This document shows positions 11,289 through 22,120 of a stretch of DNA of 64,000 bases, piece by piece. Each line of letters opens with the position of its first letter. Position 1 is the stretch's first letter. Source of the DNA: an uncultured Acidobacteriota bacterium (GTDB lineage: Bacteria; Acidobacteriota; Vicinamibacteria; Vicinamibacterales; UBA2999); assembly GCA_963734095.1 (NCBI GenBank), contig CAVTGK010000019.1, positions 11,213-75,212 on the forward strand. Reading direction: 5' to 3'. The notes under the pieces are model-generated. The model worked only from the letters and a program-made list of their open reading frames with translations. It had not been told where the DNA came from and did no database searches. A program made the position numbers and the translations under genes.

Positions 11289-11383
11289 GGTTCAGGGTTC
11301 CATGGTCAACGTTCCATGGTTCAATGGCGTAGTCACGCGGAGCGGATCAAGAACTTGGACCTGGAACTTCGAACCTGGAACAC
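11289..11383. repeat. inverted GGTTCCAKGG / CCTGGAAC repeat pair upstream of the BMC-H gene
   Basis: Left arm ggttcagggttccatggtcaacgttccatggttcaatgg (11289-11326). Right arm caagaacttggacctggaacttcgaacctggaacac (11348-11383). The element ends 3 nt before ATG 11387. Confidence 0.8.
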
Positions 11384-11386
11384 TAG

Positions 11387-11707
11387 ATGGCCAAGACCCC
11401 GCCGGACACAGCCCAGAAGTCGGCGAAGCCGCTCGGCATGGTCGAGACGCGCGGCCTGGTCGGCATGATCGAAGCGGCCGACGCGATGGTCAAGACCGCC
11501 AACGTCGTCTTCGTCGGGTGGCAGAAGGTCGATGCCGGCCTGGTGACGGCGATTGTCCGCGGCGACGTGGGCTCGGTGAAGGCGGCGACCGATGCCGGCG
11601 CGGCGGCCGCACGACGCGTCGGGGAGCTGGTCGGGGTCCACGTCATCCCGCGACCGGACGACGACCTCGATAAGGTCTTTCCGATTACGGCCGAAGAAGT
11701 GCTCTGA
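11387..11707 (+). CDS. bacterial microcompartment shell protein, BMC-H (PduA/EutM/CcmK type)
   Basis: Intact 106-aa ORF: ...[75 protein letters not shown]. It is near-collinear with canonical BMC-H (Pfam BMC) proteins. Confidence 0.9.
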   Translation: MAKTPPDTAQKSAKPLGMVETRGLVGMIEAADAMVKTANVVFVGWQKVDAGLVTAIVRGDVGSVKAATDAGAAAARRVGELVGVHVIPRPDDDLDKVFPITAEEVL

Positions 11708-12212
11708 CCGCTGCGGTTCTGGCGCCTCGTCCGCGCCTTGCGGCTGCGTCGCTTCGGAACTTCCGTCCGCTGCTCTTTCGCGGGCCACGAGCTGCCGCAG
11801 CTTCAGGTCCTGTCCGACCATCAACAGCGGTTGCGTCGGGTTCTCGAGCACGTTGTAGATCTCGCCGGCCAGAGTGCGGGCAAAGATCTGATGGCCGTCG
11901 ATGAAGAGGGTCAGCGGCCCTCCGCCCTCGATGGCTTCGAACAGCCTGACCTTGAATCGCGAACGCAACACGTCGAGCAGTCGGCGAATCTCCGGCGATT
12001 GAAAACCCGCGGCGTCGCAGGTCGGCCAGCACCATGAGTTCGAGGAGCTCGACCGGCGTGTAGCGACGTTCGGTGAAGCCGCCAGATTCTGTCTTGTGAG
12101 GGGCCACCGAGGGAACGAACAGTCGGCGCGTATGCCACCATTGCAGCTGGCGAGCGCTCAGTCCGGTCAGGGCTGCTACCTCGCGAGATGTGTAGAGTTT
12201 CTTGAGTCGCAA
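11685..12212 (-). CDS. MerR-type HTH transcriptional regulator, one frameshift; 3' end uncertain
   Basis: N-terminus [36 protein letters not shown]...[24 protein letters not shown] (ORF 11685..12212). It continues after a frame change near 11990 in ORF 11333..11971 ([29 protein letters not shown]...). The tail would overlap the convergent BMC-H gene. Confidence 0.5.
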   Translation of the reverse strand: MRLKKLYTSREVAALTGLSARQLQWWHTRRLFVPSVAPHKTESGGFTERRYTPVELLELMVLADLRRRGFSIAGDSPTARRVAFAIQGQAVRSHRGRRAADPLHRRPSDLCPHSGRRDLQRAREPDATAVDGRTGPEAAAARGPRKSSGRKFRSDAAARRGRGARTAAVRALLRP

Positions 12213-12249
12213 CTCGTGTCCTGGCCCGCTCGGACGATTCTAGTGTCCA

Positions 12250-12537
12250 CTAGGAGCGATTGAACACGCGCTCGGCCATCGCGGCTCCCGCAAAGTCCTT
12301 CTCGGTCAACCCGCCTTCGGAGTGCGTCGTGTAGGTGAGCGTCACCTTGCGGTAATTGATCAAGATGTCCGGATGATGGTCCGCGGCTTCGGCGCCCGGC
12401 ACCAGCCGCGACACGAAGTCCACCGCGCTCGGAAAATCCTTGAAGACAAACTGCTTGCGAATCGCGTTGCCGTCGATCGCCCACCCTGATAGCTCGCGAA
12501 GTCGGGCCTCTGCGTCGGCTTTACTGAGTGTCGCCAT
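12250..12537 (-). CDS. phhB: 4a-hydroxytetrahydrobiopterin dehydratase (pterin-4-alpha-carbinolamine dehydratase)
   Basis: Intact 95-aa ORF. The pattern LSGWAIDGNAIRKQFVFKDFPSAVDFVSRLVPGAEAADHHPDILINYRKVTLTYTTH is the classic PCD signature (HHPD...Y..V). Confidence 0.85.
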   Translation of the reverse strand: MATLSKADAEARLRELSGWAIDGNAIRKQFVFKDFPSAVDFVSRLVPGAEAADHHPDILINYRKVTLTYTTHSEGGLTEKDFAGAAMAERVFNRS

Positions 12538-12577
12538 GGCTCACCGTCTTCGAGCGCTCGCCGTCAGGAGCTTAAAC

Positions 12578-12749
12578 ACTGAGACACGGAAGCCGGAGAG
12601 CAAGACGGCAGCCACGAAGGGCACGATAGTGGCCCGAAGAACCACGACTGTCTTCTGTGCTTCGTGCTTTCGTGGCTATCGCTGTTCTTCCGTGGTTCCG
12701 TGTTTCCGTGCTTCCGTGTTCGTTCGTCTGTGCCTCTGAGTCTCTGAGG
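12578..12749. repeat. large palindromic CACGAAG/CTTCGTG-family element (about 170 bp)
   Basis: ...gccacgaagggcacgatagtggcccgaagaaccacgac / tgtcttctgtgcttcgtgctttcgtggctatcgctgttcttccgtggttccgtgtttccgtgcttccgtg..., located between phhB and thiO. Confidence 0.85.
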
Positions 12750-12783
12750 CCTGTCCGTAACCCTTCCTCTATCCCCGCGCTCG

Positions 12784-13899
12784 TCAGATCCGCCCGAGAC
12801 GCGATGGCGCCACTGCCGCCGGCGGCTCGCTCGACGCGTTCTGAACGATATCCCTCACGACTGCCGCGGTCAGCGGCGCGAGCAGCACGCCGTTACGGTA
12901 ATGGCCGGTCGCGTAGATCAGCCCAGGAACGGCCGTCGACCGGCCGATGATGGGCAGCCCGTCGCGGGTGGCGGGCCTCAAGCCCACGCGCACTTCCGCA
13001 AACGAAGCTTGCCACAAATGCGGCACCAGGGAGCAACCGGCTTCGAGGAGATCCCGGACACCGGCAGCCGTCGCGCGCTCGTCGAAACCGGCGTCTTCGA
13101 CCGTCGCCCCGACGAGCACGCGTCCGTTCAGCCACGGGACAATGTAGCAGTCGGAACCCCAGATCACGTGACGCAACGGTTGCGAGGTTGGCCATGCCAA
13201 GTGAAGCAACTGACCGCGCACGGGCTTGACGTCGACTCCCGGGAGGCCGTTGATAGTGACCTGCCCCGCCCAACTGCCAGCCGCCAGCACCACGTGATCG
13301 AAACGCGACGGCCCGCTCGGCGTTTCGACCAGAACGCGGTTGTTGGGGGCGGAAGCAATCGACAGGACGCGTGTCTCGAGTGCGAAGGTCGCACCGCCGC
13401 GCATCGCGGCTCCTGCGAGAGCTTCTGTAAGTTCGGGAACGCCGACGAAGCCGTGTCGCGCCATCAGCAGGCCGCCGGCGGCGCCCGTCGCCGCGAGCGG
13501 CTCCAACGACCGCAGATCATCGGGCTCGACCCAGCGGGCGTCAATGCCCGCGCCTTCGAATGCCGCGGCCGCGCCGCGCAGCCGATCGGCATGCTCGGTG
13601 TCGAGCGCGACTTCGAGTGTTCCGTTGCGCGTGTATTGAATCGGCAGGCCGCTCGCCTTCATCACCCGGCGAACGAAGTCGTCATAGAGATCAAGGCTGC
13701 GCCGCCCAAGCTCGCGGAGTGGGCTCGAATCGTGGCCCTCGATATAGGGAGCAAGCACGCCGGCCGATGCCTGCGAAGCGCCGCCGCCGACGCGGCGAAG
13801 GTCGAAGACGCTGACTCGGGCGCCGGCCGCCACCAGTTCGTAAGCGCAGGCGCACCCAATGACACCGGCACCAACGATTGCGACCTCGGGGGAAGACAC
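12784..13899 (-). CDS. thiO: FAD-dependent glycine oxidase (ThiO-like)
   Basis: Intact 371-aa ORF. Has VAIVGAGVIGCACAYELVAAGARVSVFD, VRGQLLHL and GLIYATGHYRNGVLLAPLTA, typical of ThiO/DAO-family oxidases. Confidence 0.75.
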   Translation of the reverse strand: MSSPEVAIVGAGVIGCACAYELVAAGARVSVFDLRRVGGGASQASAGVLAPYIEGHDSSPLRELGRRSLDLYDDFVRRVMKASGLPIQYTRNGTLEVALDTEHADRLRGAAAAFEGAGIDARWVEPDDLRSLEPLAATGAAGGLLMARHGFVGVPELTEALAGAAMRGGATFALETRVLSIASAPNNRVLVETPSGPSRFDHVVLAAGSWAGQVTINGLPGVDVKPVRGQLLHLAWPTSQPLRHVIWGSDCYIVPWLNGRVLVGATVEDAGFDERATAAGVRDLLEAGCSLVPHLWQASFAEVRVGLRPATRDGLPIIGRSTAVPGLIYATGHYRNGVLLAPLTAAVVRDIVQNASSEPPAAVAPSRLGRI

Positions 13900-13925
13900 A
13901 GACTACAGGATATCGTAGGAACGCA

Positions 13926-13967
13926 GGGTTCCAGGGTCAGTCCACGGTCAGCTCAGAGCTGCAGAGC
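13926..13967. repeat. GGTTCCAGGG-type short repeat
   Basis: gggttccagggtcagtccacggtcagctcagagctgcagagc, located between the thiO start and the TBDR-like stop. Confidence 0.5.
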
Positions 13968-14013
13968 GCACGGAACGGCCTCGCGCACCTTGCGACAGGT
14001 TGGCAACTCTCAG

Positions 14014-16644
14014 CTAGAAGCTCAGCGACGCGCCCAGCTCGATGCGTCGAGCAGCGGCCGCCGACGTGGCGGTGCCGAAGTAAGGCGAGAGCTGATTGCC
14101 CACGAACGAGTTCAGATTGACGGTGTTGAACAGGTTGAACACCTGAACATAGAGATCGAGCCGGTACCGGCTGGCCGATCCATCCATCATGACCATCTGG
14201 ACTGGACTGCCGCCATCACCGGCTCCGCCCATGGGCCCGCGCTGCGCATTGGCTGAGGGCGGTGGCGGCGGAGCGCCAATCATCACGGGCCCGTCACCGA
14301 GCAGGCCACCCAGATTGAAGGAGCGGTTCATTCGAAAGTTGACGTTCCACTGCGACGCGCCGCGGGCGCTGTTGCGGCCGACACCATCGGGTCAATCGTT
14401 GAACACCGTGTCGCCGTTGTCGTCGATGCCGGTGGTAATCGTGTAGGGCGGCGCCGACGAATACTGCGCCTGCAAGCTGGCGCGAACTCCGTAGCCAAGC
14501 GGCGTGTTGGCCATGAAGAACACGCGGTGGCGAATGTCCATGGACGAGGGACCCCAATCGGCATCGGGATTGGTGCTATCCGATGGGCAGCGCCAGCAGG
14601 CGAGTCCGCGTGGTTACGGGCGTTCGCATACTGGTACATCACGTTGCCCATGATCCGGCGATTGGGCACGCGAAGCATCATCGCGACCGTGATGCGGTCC
14701 GCGGCACGCTCGCCGGTCGACCCGATCTCGGTGATGTTGCCGGCCGTCGAGTCGGGTCGGACGCCGTCAATGGGCGCGTTGACGTTGATCGAGCGCAACA
14801 CGTCGGTGGCGCGCGTGAACATGTAGTCGGTGCGGAAGTTGCCCCATTCGCCGAAGGCTCGGTCGTACCCGATCGAGGCCTGGTGAATCGTCGGCTGGGT
14901 CAGCTGCGGACCAAGTTGAATGCGGCTGGCCGCGAGCGACGTGCCAGCGCCAGAGTCGACGTCCGGGTATGAAGGATTGAGGATGATCTCGTCGATCTGA
15001 TGGGTCCCATCGACGCGAACGGTCTGCTCATACACGTTCGAATCGAGCCAGTCGTAGAAAATGCCATAGCCCCCGCGAACGTTGGCCTTGCCCATCGACC
15101 AGGTGAACGCAACGCGCGGCGCCAGGTTCCACTTGTCGTCGATATTGGTCTGCACTTCCTGACGGAGACCCAGACTCAGGTTGACGTTCTTGCTCACGCG
15201 GAAATCGTCCTGCAGATACCATCCGGCCTCGAATTGTGAGTAGCTGACGTTCGGGTCGCCGACTCGGCGCTGATAGGTCTGCGGCCGTGACGCGAGATGG
15301 TCGTCGAGGCTCGAGAACGTGAACGTCCCGTTGGCGTTTGTCTGCGTCGTGCTGTCCCACCAGCCGCCATCCACCTCCAAACCCGCCCGCAGCGCGTGCT
15401 TGGCGACAGTAAAGTCGAAGTTCTGAGCCAGAGTGAATTGCCGTCCTTCCCGGACGCCCGATTGACCGGCGCCACCTGACGTAAAGGCGTCGAGCACGCG
15501 AACCGTGGGCGCCGTCGAACCAGAGAAGTACGAGCGTCTGCGATTGTGTGACTTCAAACCGCAGCTCGCTGAACACTTTCCTGCCGATCGTGCGGGTATT
15601 GCGCACTCGCAGCATGTCGTTGATGGCCTCGGTCTCGTAGGCCCGCTCGGCGAGGTCGAAATCGCCGACGCCGAGGTTTTGGCGCTTGTCGCTCCGGCGT
15701 GAGTACTCTGCCCGAATGCTGCTGGTCGGGCTCAGCGCGTGCTCGAGCCGCACGTTGGCATTGACACTATCCACCGGACGCCGGACTTGATCGTTGATCG
15801 GCCCCGTCGGCGTGGTGGCCACGATGGTGCGGGCGTCGTAGGACATGTTGCCGTCCGCAGCAATCGACAGGCTGGTCTTGCCCTTCGCGATTGGGCCCTG
15901 GGACGTGAACATGAAGCGCTTGTGCTGTTCGGGCGCGACCTCGGTGGCAAACGCGTTGCGGGCGTTCAGCGATTCGTCACGAAACCCGAAATTGAAGTTA
16001 CCGCGCCAGCCCCCCATGCCCGGTCGGGTGATGACCTCGACGCGCACCATGCCGGCCTCGTGGTACTCGGCGGCATACGAATTGGAGTGGAACCGAATGG
16101 ACTGGATTTGATCCTTGGGTGGCAGACGACCACCACGGAACCCGTCGATGAAGATCTGCGCGCCAGGCCCTGCCATCTGGCGCAGTTGCTCGGCCATCTC
16201 GTCGGGGTCGTCGGAGAGGCCGTCGATGTCGTCCTTGCTCAACGTCTGCGTGAAGCCATTGTCACGCCGCGCCGCCGCATCTCGTTCTTGAACGAAGACC
16301 TCTTCGCGGATGGCAACCGTCATCGTCGCCATCGCGGTGTTGATGCCGCGCTTCACTGCGAACGGCACGGTGAACCCCTGAAACCCCTCCGCTTCGACCT
16401 TGATCTGATGAGCGCCGGGCATGAGGCCAGTGAAAGCCGCGACGCCGCTCTGATCGACGACGGTCTGCTTCTCGATGCCCGATGGGTCGATGAGCGTCAC
16501 GATGGCGTGAATGAGCACGGCCTCGGTCTCGTCGCGCACGGTCACGCGGAGGGCCGACTGATTCTGCGCTGCTGCCGCCACCGGCAGCAGTGCGGACCAC
16601 GCAAACACCGTGACACACACCAGACGCAGCATCGCAGTCTTCAT
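14014..16644 (-). CDS. TonB-dependent-receptor-like outer-membrane protein with N-terminal CarboxypepD_reg domain, frameshifted
   Basis: Signal MKTAMLRLVCVTVFAWSALLPVAAAAQ followed by LRVTVRDETEAVLIHAIVTLID (ORF 15028..16644). Barrel pieces lie in ORFs 14328..15557 and 14014..14331. The C-terminus ...RIELGASLSF ends in a terminal aromatic residue. Confidence 0.75.
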
Positions 16645-16647
16645 GAC

Positions 16648-17620
16648 CTACTTCTTCTCGAAGAGTTCGGCCTTTACGGACGGGTTGACCTTGACTTTCT
16701 CGAGCGTCCATTCCTCGACCGGCTTGCCTTCTACGGCCTGAGTGAGGCGGTGAGGCAGCATGATGCCATCGACCTTCTTGAAGTCTGCCAGGTAGAGCGT
16801 CACCTGGCTGGGCGCAGGCGGCGGCATCGACTCGATGCGCCGTCGCATCTCCTCGGGGCTTGGACGCTGACCATCCGCGGGCGCACCTGCAGTCGGCGCA
16901 CCACCACCGGGGGGCGGTGGCGGCGGAGCGTCGGGCCCGCCGGGGCCTCTGCGTCCGCCGCCTGGTCCCCCCGGACCCGCCGATCATGTTGAATCGCGGG
17001 CGGACTTCCATGTACTGCAGCATCAACGGCAAATGCGTCTGCTGATCAACGAATAGCCGGACGGCCTGACCCGCTTCGTTCTTGATCTCGAGCACGTCGG
17101 CTTTACCTTCGGGCGCTTCGGCAACGGCGACGTACGCCGGCTGCAGGTTGGCGCCGCCAGTGAACGCGAGCAGATAGCGATTGAACTCGTTGCGGAACCG
17201 TCGCAGCCGCGCCTCTTCGATCTGCTCGGCATTGAGCTCCTGCCCCGGCGGTCCCTGGCGCATCACGATCTGCATGCCAGGGCCCATGCCGCCGCGGTTT
17301 TGTATGTCTTCCCACGACGCGTTGCCGGCCAGCACGGACGTCCGCTCGATCGAGACCCCACCCATCATCTCGGTGTCCTCGCTGCGATGCATGTGATCCG
17401 GCAACTGCATCGTCAACACCAAGGTGCCCTTGACCTGCCGCTGCCCCATCTCACGCGCGAACGGACCTTCGAGGCTGAGTGTCTTGAGCTGCGCGAGCTT
17501 GTCGCCCCCGAGTGCCTGTCTGACCTGCGCCATGACCTCGGCGCCTTTTTGTGTCGTGTCCTGTGCCGTGGTTGCCGTCGAACTCGCAGCGACGATGGCC
17601 GCGAAGACCAAGCGTTTCAT
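16648..17620 (-). CDS. hypothetical secreted protein, frameshifted within a G/P-rich low-complexity stretch
   Basis: Signal MKRLVFAAIVAASSTATTAQ (within ORF 16262..17656). The C-terminal piece is ORF 16648..16848 (...VTLYLADFKKVDGIMLPHRLTQAVEGKPVEEWTLEKVKV). Its stop lies 3 nt upstream of the TBDR-like start. Confidence 0.5.
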
Positions 17621-17755
17621 TTGTTTTCCTACCTGACCTAACAATACGCGGCCCACGACCGTTCAGACGTTAAGCCTCGGCAAAGAGGTTGTTAAGAATG
17701 TAAAAAGCGCTTTCCGGGCGGTTTTCGGCCATTTTTCGCATGCTAGACTGCCTGA

Positions 17756-19845
17756 GTGATCAAGCGTCTGACACGCGTGTCGGGCGTCACGGCCCTTGCC
17801 GCCGCGGTGCTGGTCCTGCTGCCGGCGCTCGCGTGGCTGCAGGTACTCGTGGCTCGAACAGATTGCCGAAGCAGATCGGGATCGCAGGAGCCGTACGCTT
17901 CAAACAGCAGCGTCGCAGTTTGCGCAGGACCTCGACCGAGAAGTCGGCCGGGCCGTCATCGAACTGCAGCTCGAGTCGAGCACTGTCGAGCAAGGGACGT
18001 GGTCGGATTACGCCATCGCGCTATCAACTGTGGGCGGACAGTGCGGTGGCGCCCGAGATCATCAAGGCGATCTACTTCATCGAAACTCCCGAAGAACGTC
18101 CGGCAGATGAAGCGCCGCTGCGAGTCTGGAATCGCGAGACGCGGGTGTTCGAACCCACGCCGTGGCCGGCCGAACTCGCACCGCTGAGGGCGCGATTCAC
18201 TCAGGAATCCAGAGCGATCTTCAGCTTCCAATTCCCCTCGCCCAAAAGGGAGGATCGCGTGGATCGCGGACGCGGCGCCCAACGACTGGTGTTGCCACCG
18301 ACACCCGGCGGCGACGAGCAGTCGATCGTTGTCCCGGTCATGCGGGTGACGGCATCGCCTGGCGAAGGCATTCCTCCCCCACCGCCGGTCGTCAAGCTTC
18401 TCGGCTTCACGATCATCCGGCTCGACATCGAGGCGATGGGTCGAGGACTTATTCCGTCTCTGGTCCGCCGCCACCTCTTCGAGCCGAACGGCCACAGCGA
18501 CTTCCTGGTCGCGGTCGTTGCGCGTGACGATGCATCGCGTGTGCTCTATGAGTCCGAACCCGGTGCGGCCCGAACAGCGGATTCCGCGCCGGACGTTGGT
18601 ATCGCGCTGCTCGGGCCACGACTCGGACCCCTGTGGTTTGCAACTCGGGATGGCAAGCGGACAACGGGGTTCGACTTGCATCGTGATTTGGAACGGATTC
18701 CACCTCCGCCCCCGCCGCCACCAGGGCCAGCAGAAGAGAAACGCGTCGTGCTCGAGCGGCGGACGATCGCGTCGGCTGGCGAAGGTCATTGGCGGTTGAT
18801 CGCCAAACATCGCTCCGGCTCGCTCGAGGCGGCAGTGGCCAAGGCTCGAACGCGCAACTTTCTCCTCAGCTCCGGCATTCTGTTATTGCTGACCACGGCA
18901 ATCGGGTTGATCGTCGTGTCAGCGCGACGCGCCGATCGGTTGGCCCGACAGCAATTGGAGTTCGTCGCCGCGGTTTCACACGAACTGCGCACACCGGTCT
19001 CGGTGATCGGCACGGCCGCTGGCAATCTCGCGGACGGAGTCGTGGAAGAACCGGGACGCGTGAAAAAGTACGGCGCCACGATTCAGGCAGAAGCCAGACG
19101 GCTGGGCGAAACGGTGGAGCGGGTGCTGCAACTCGCCGGCATTGCCGCCGGGCGCGCGTCCGCCGCTCGTACGACGGTTCCGGTTGCAGACCTGGTTCGA
19201 GATGCCGTCGCCGCAAGTCGCCACGAAATCGACCTGGCCGGCGCCACCGTCGAAGTCGAGGTCGCGGCGGAGCTCATGCGCCTGCCAACCGATCCGTCGG
19301 GCGTGCAGCGTGTTGTCGGCGATGCAACGGCACTTCGGTCAGCGCTTCAGAATCTGATCAGCAACGCTATCAAGTACGGCGGGCCGACGCCATGGGTGCG
19401 AGTGAGTGCCAAGTCGATGTCGCACAAGGCGATGCGAATCACGGTTGAAGATCACGGCCTCGGCATCGCTGCCGACGATCGGAAGCACATCTTCGAGCCG
19501 TTCTATCGCGGCCGCGAAGCGGTATCGCGGCAGATTCAGGGAAGCGGCCTCGGCCTCCACCTCGTGCGCCGCATCGTCGAGGCGCACGGTGGCAGCGTGT
19601 CGGTCCAGAGCGAACTCGGACAGGGCAGCACCTTCACGATTGATTTGCCGGCCGTCCACAACATCGCTCGTGCGACGTGCGTCCGCCGAGGAGCCGATCG
19701 TCGGGCGCCTTTGACGGCCTCGCGAAGCCTGACCCACCACATTGGCAGCCGCCCGCCTGCTGTTAGTCGAAGACGAGCCCGGCCTGCAACTCGCCATCAG
19801 CGATCGGCTGATTGCGGAGGGCTATCGGGTCGAGACGGCCGGTGA
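17756..19845 (+). CDS. sensor histidine kinase (HisKA + HATPase_c), frameshifted near the 5' end; true 3' end probably about 19700-19740
   Basis: GTG at 17756 gives MIKRLTRVSGVTALAAAVLVLLPALAWLQ. Frame changes are needed near 17845 and 18010 to enter ORF 17740..19845. H-box FVAAVSHELRTPVS, N-box LISNAIKYG, G-boxes EDHGLGI and GSGLGLHLV. Confidence 0.8.
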
Positions 19846-20431
19846 CGGCGAGTCGGCGATTCGACGCGCGACTGGCGAGCCGTTCGACCTCGTCATCCTC
19901 GACGTGATGCTGCCCAAGCGTGACGGCTTCGACGTGGCACGCACGGTCAGAGGACAGGGCGTGCAAACGCCAATCTTGATGCTGACGGCGCGGGGACAAG
20001 TGGTCGATCGAGTCGTCGGCCTCAAGCTGGGCGCCGACGACTACCTGACCAAACCCTTCGAGATGATCGAGTTGCTGGCCCGCATCGAGGCGTTGCTGCG
20101 TCGCGCGCCCACGATGTCGGGGGTGTCCATCGAGCGCTATCAGTTCGGCGACGTCTTCGTTGATGTTCGCAAGGCGGAAGTCACACGCGAGGGTGCACCC
20201 GTCGACTTGTCGGCCAAGGAGTTTCACCTGCTGTGCTACTTCCTCGAGCATCGCGGCGCCACAATCTCGCGCGAGGAGCTGTTGCAGCAGGTGTGGGGCT
20301 ATCAATCGACGCCGTCAACCCGAACGGTCGACGTTCACGTCGCCTGGCTGCGTCAGAAACTCGAACCGAACCCGCGCCTACCCCAGTACATCCTGACGGT
20401 CCACGGGCTCGGCTATAAGTTCGTGGGCTGA
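19742..20431 (+). CDS. OmpR/PhoB-family response regulator
   Basis: Intact 229-aa ORF with a TTG start. Receiver domain LLLVEDEPGL...DLVILDVMLPKRDG...LTARG...GADDYLTKPF. Winged-helix end TVHGLGYKFV. Confidence 0.9.
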   Translation: MAAARLLLVEDEPGLQLAISDRLIAEGYRVETAGDGESAIRRATGEPFDLVILDVMLPKRDGFDVARTVRGQGVQTPILMLTARGQVVDRVVGLKLGADDYLTKPFEMIELLARIEALLRRAPTMSGVSIERYQFGDVFVDVRKAEVTREGAPVDLSAKEFHLLCYFLEHRGATISREELLQQVWGYQSTPSTRTVDVHVAWLRQKLEPNPRLPQYILTVHGLGYKFVG

Positions 20432-20442
20432 TTTCTCGATCG

Positions 20443-20487
20443 CCAGTTGCCGGTTGCCGTTGCCAGTGGCCGGTGGCCGGTGGCCGT
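20443..20487. repeat. GCCRGTKGCC simple repeat
   Basis: ccagttgccggttgccgttgccagtggccggtggccggtggccgtg, directly after the response-regulator stop. Confidence 0.85.
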
Positions 20488-20493
20488 GACTCA

Positions 20494-21085
20494 TCACGAC
20501 TCAGTCTTTCTCGAAGATACCATTCTGACTGCGGCGGCTCCCAACCGACGATCCGATCGATCAGGGTGACCGGATTCGAGTCGGCGACAACGATGTGCCG
20601 GTGTGGCGGCACGAGAAACTGCTCGCCGAGCGCGTGCTCGAAGAATCTGCAACAGGCCCGCCGTCGAAGCCATCGACGTTGGCGTCCGGCCGCACAGGTC
20701 TGGCGCGTGCCGCCCGAGCGGCGTCAGCGTGACCGCTTCGCAGAACTCTTCGGCGTTCCAAAAGCGCCCGGGAGGCCGATGAATCCATCCGTCAGGATCC
20801 GCCCGTCGAGCGCTTGCGTTCGTGCGTCGAATCGGACGACTCGAGAGGCTTGTGAGGCCCTGATGGGCGTCCTCGCGGGCGACCGGCGCATGCTGCACGG
20901 CGACTCCCGTCGCGCTGCCGCCCGCCGCCGGGAACCGCTTCGGCCGGCGCGGCCGTCGAGCCCGGCCTTGCCGCCTCCGTCACACGCGGTCGATCTTCAG
21001 CCGCACCATCTCGGCCGCGGGCGGGCGCGCAGCGGCGGAAGCGCCGACCAGGTCCTGATCTCGGGCCGCAGAACACGCAGAGACG
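20494..21085 (-). pseudogene. LOG family (TIGR00730, cytokinin riboside 5'-monophosphate phosphoribohydrolase-like) gene; body heavily frameshifted, first 13 codons displaced to 22103-22140 by the IS insertion
   Basis: Minus-strand pieces: LCVFCGPRSG, GGGKAGL, VVxSxHERKRAL (read as DSTHERKR), DGFIGLPGAFGTPEEFCEAVTLTPLG, NVDGFDGG, EHALGEQFLVPPHRHIVVADSNPVTLIDRIVGWEPP. They follow the LOG order (VFCGS...GGG.GLMG...MHERK...PGGxGTxEE) but need at least 5 frame changes. Confidence 0.6.
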
Positions 21086-22102
21086 CGCTGGCGAACTGTA
21101 CGGCTAGGCCGTGTGGAGCCGCAACGAGAGGCGACAATAAGGATCACTGCTGAGATCGCGCCGCACGGTTCGCCGAGGCACACGCGCGGTGATGGGCCGA
21201 CGTTTCGAGCAATTGAACGTGCGGCACGACAATCGGGATCACCTTGAGGACGTCGAAGAAGTTCGCACTTCAGGTGCTCTGACGTCTCCCCCCAGCGCGA
21301 GAAGGTCTTTGGCACGTCGGTGTGCGCTACCAAGCCGGCGATCCCGAGGCGCTTCGCCAAACGGCAGCGGCCGCATCACTCGCCGACCCGCACGAGCCCA
21401 GCGGTCGCGCGCCGGATTCTCCGGCTCCGGACACGGCGTCTGAGTGCCGTGCGCATGCCGACGCGCTGGGCATCGGCCACAGCACGGTCCAGCGCGTCCT
21501 GGAACCTGGGGTGCCAGTCAATTGCCTCGGCCCCCGCGTCCACAGCCGCGGCGTTATGAGAAGCAGCGGCCGGGCGAGCTGCTCCATCTCGTCCTCAAAT
21601 CATCTGCCGGCGCTCCGAATCGCCCGGCATAACTTTGAATTCGCGGCCGTCGACGACTTCAGCCGGGAAGCCGTGGTCCCATTCAAACCGATCAAAGCAG
21701 CGCGGTGGCCGCCGCGTTACACGAGCAGGTCGCGCCACCTTGTCGTATCGCATCGAGGCCGTCCTCACCGTAAACGCGTGTGCCTTCACGATCCGGCATC
21801 CCCTTCATGCGGACCGGCTGACTCGGCTTCAGCAGGTGTGTGCCACGCTTGGGATTCGCCACTCTCTTGCGACCGTACGCACCGCAATCGAATGGCAAAG
21901 TCGAGCGCTTCTTTCGCACCGTGAAAGCCGAATGCCTCCATGTCCGCCCGCTCTTCACGTTCAAAGCCGCAGCCGTGAGGTTGAGGAATTCGTCTGGTAT
22001 TACACCCATGAGCCGACCGCATCTCCGTCAGGCCGGTATGACGCCGATCTCCGGCGTCAGCTCAATTTCCGCCACGCCGAGTCGAGACCTGTGCTCGAAC
22101 CA
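21086..22102 (+). mobile_element. IS481-family insertion sequence remnant with a degenerate transposase
   Basis: Plus-strand pieces: RQRPHHSPTRTSPAVARRILRLRTRR, YEKQRPGELLHL, FEFAAVDDFSREAVV, RPYAPQSNGKVERFFRTVKAEC and VWYYTHE.. (rve/DDE core). They are broken by several frameshifts and deletions. A 17-bp direct repeat CAGAACACGCAGAGACG (21069-21085 and 22103-22119) brackets the 1017-bp element. Confidence 0.65.
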
Positions 22103-22120
22103 CAGAACACGCAGAGACGT

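Noticed and set aside
12901-14256. 451-aa plus-strand ORF antisense to thiO. Similar long shadow ORFs: 15739..16992, 27021..27836, 31889..33349, 58585-side 57771..58781, 62176..63318, and the upper part of 6432..7784.
   Set aside because: All lie antisense to, or out of frame with, genes that carry clear family motifs. Their translations are R/A/G/P-rich low-complexity strings with no recognisable motifs. Long stop-free shadow frames like these are expected in a genome with about two-thirds G+C.
19700-19845. Apparent 104-nt overlap of the histidine kinase ORF with the response regulator start.
   Set aside because: Kinase homology ends at ...GSTFTIDLPA (about 19660), and the remaining residues are R/A-rich. 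Given the indel frequency in this sequence, the extension is most likely a missed stop or frameshift, not a real overlap.
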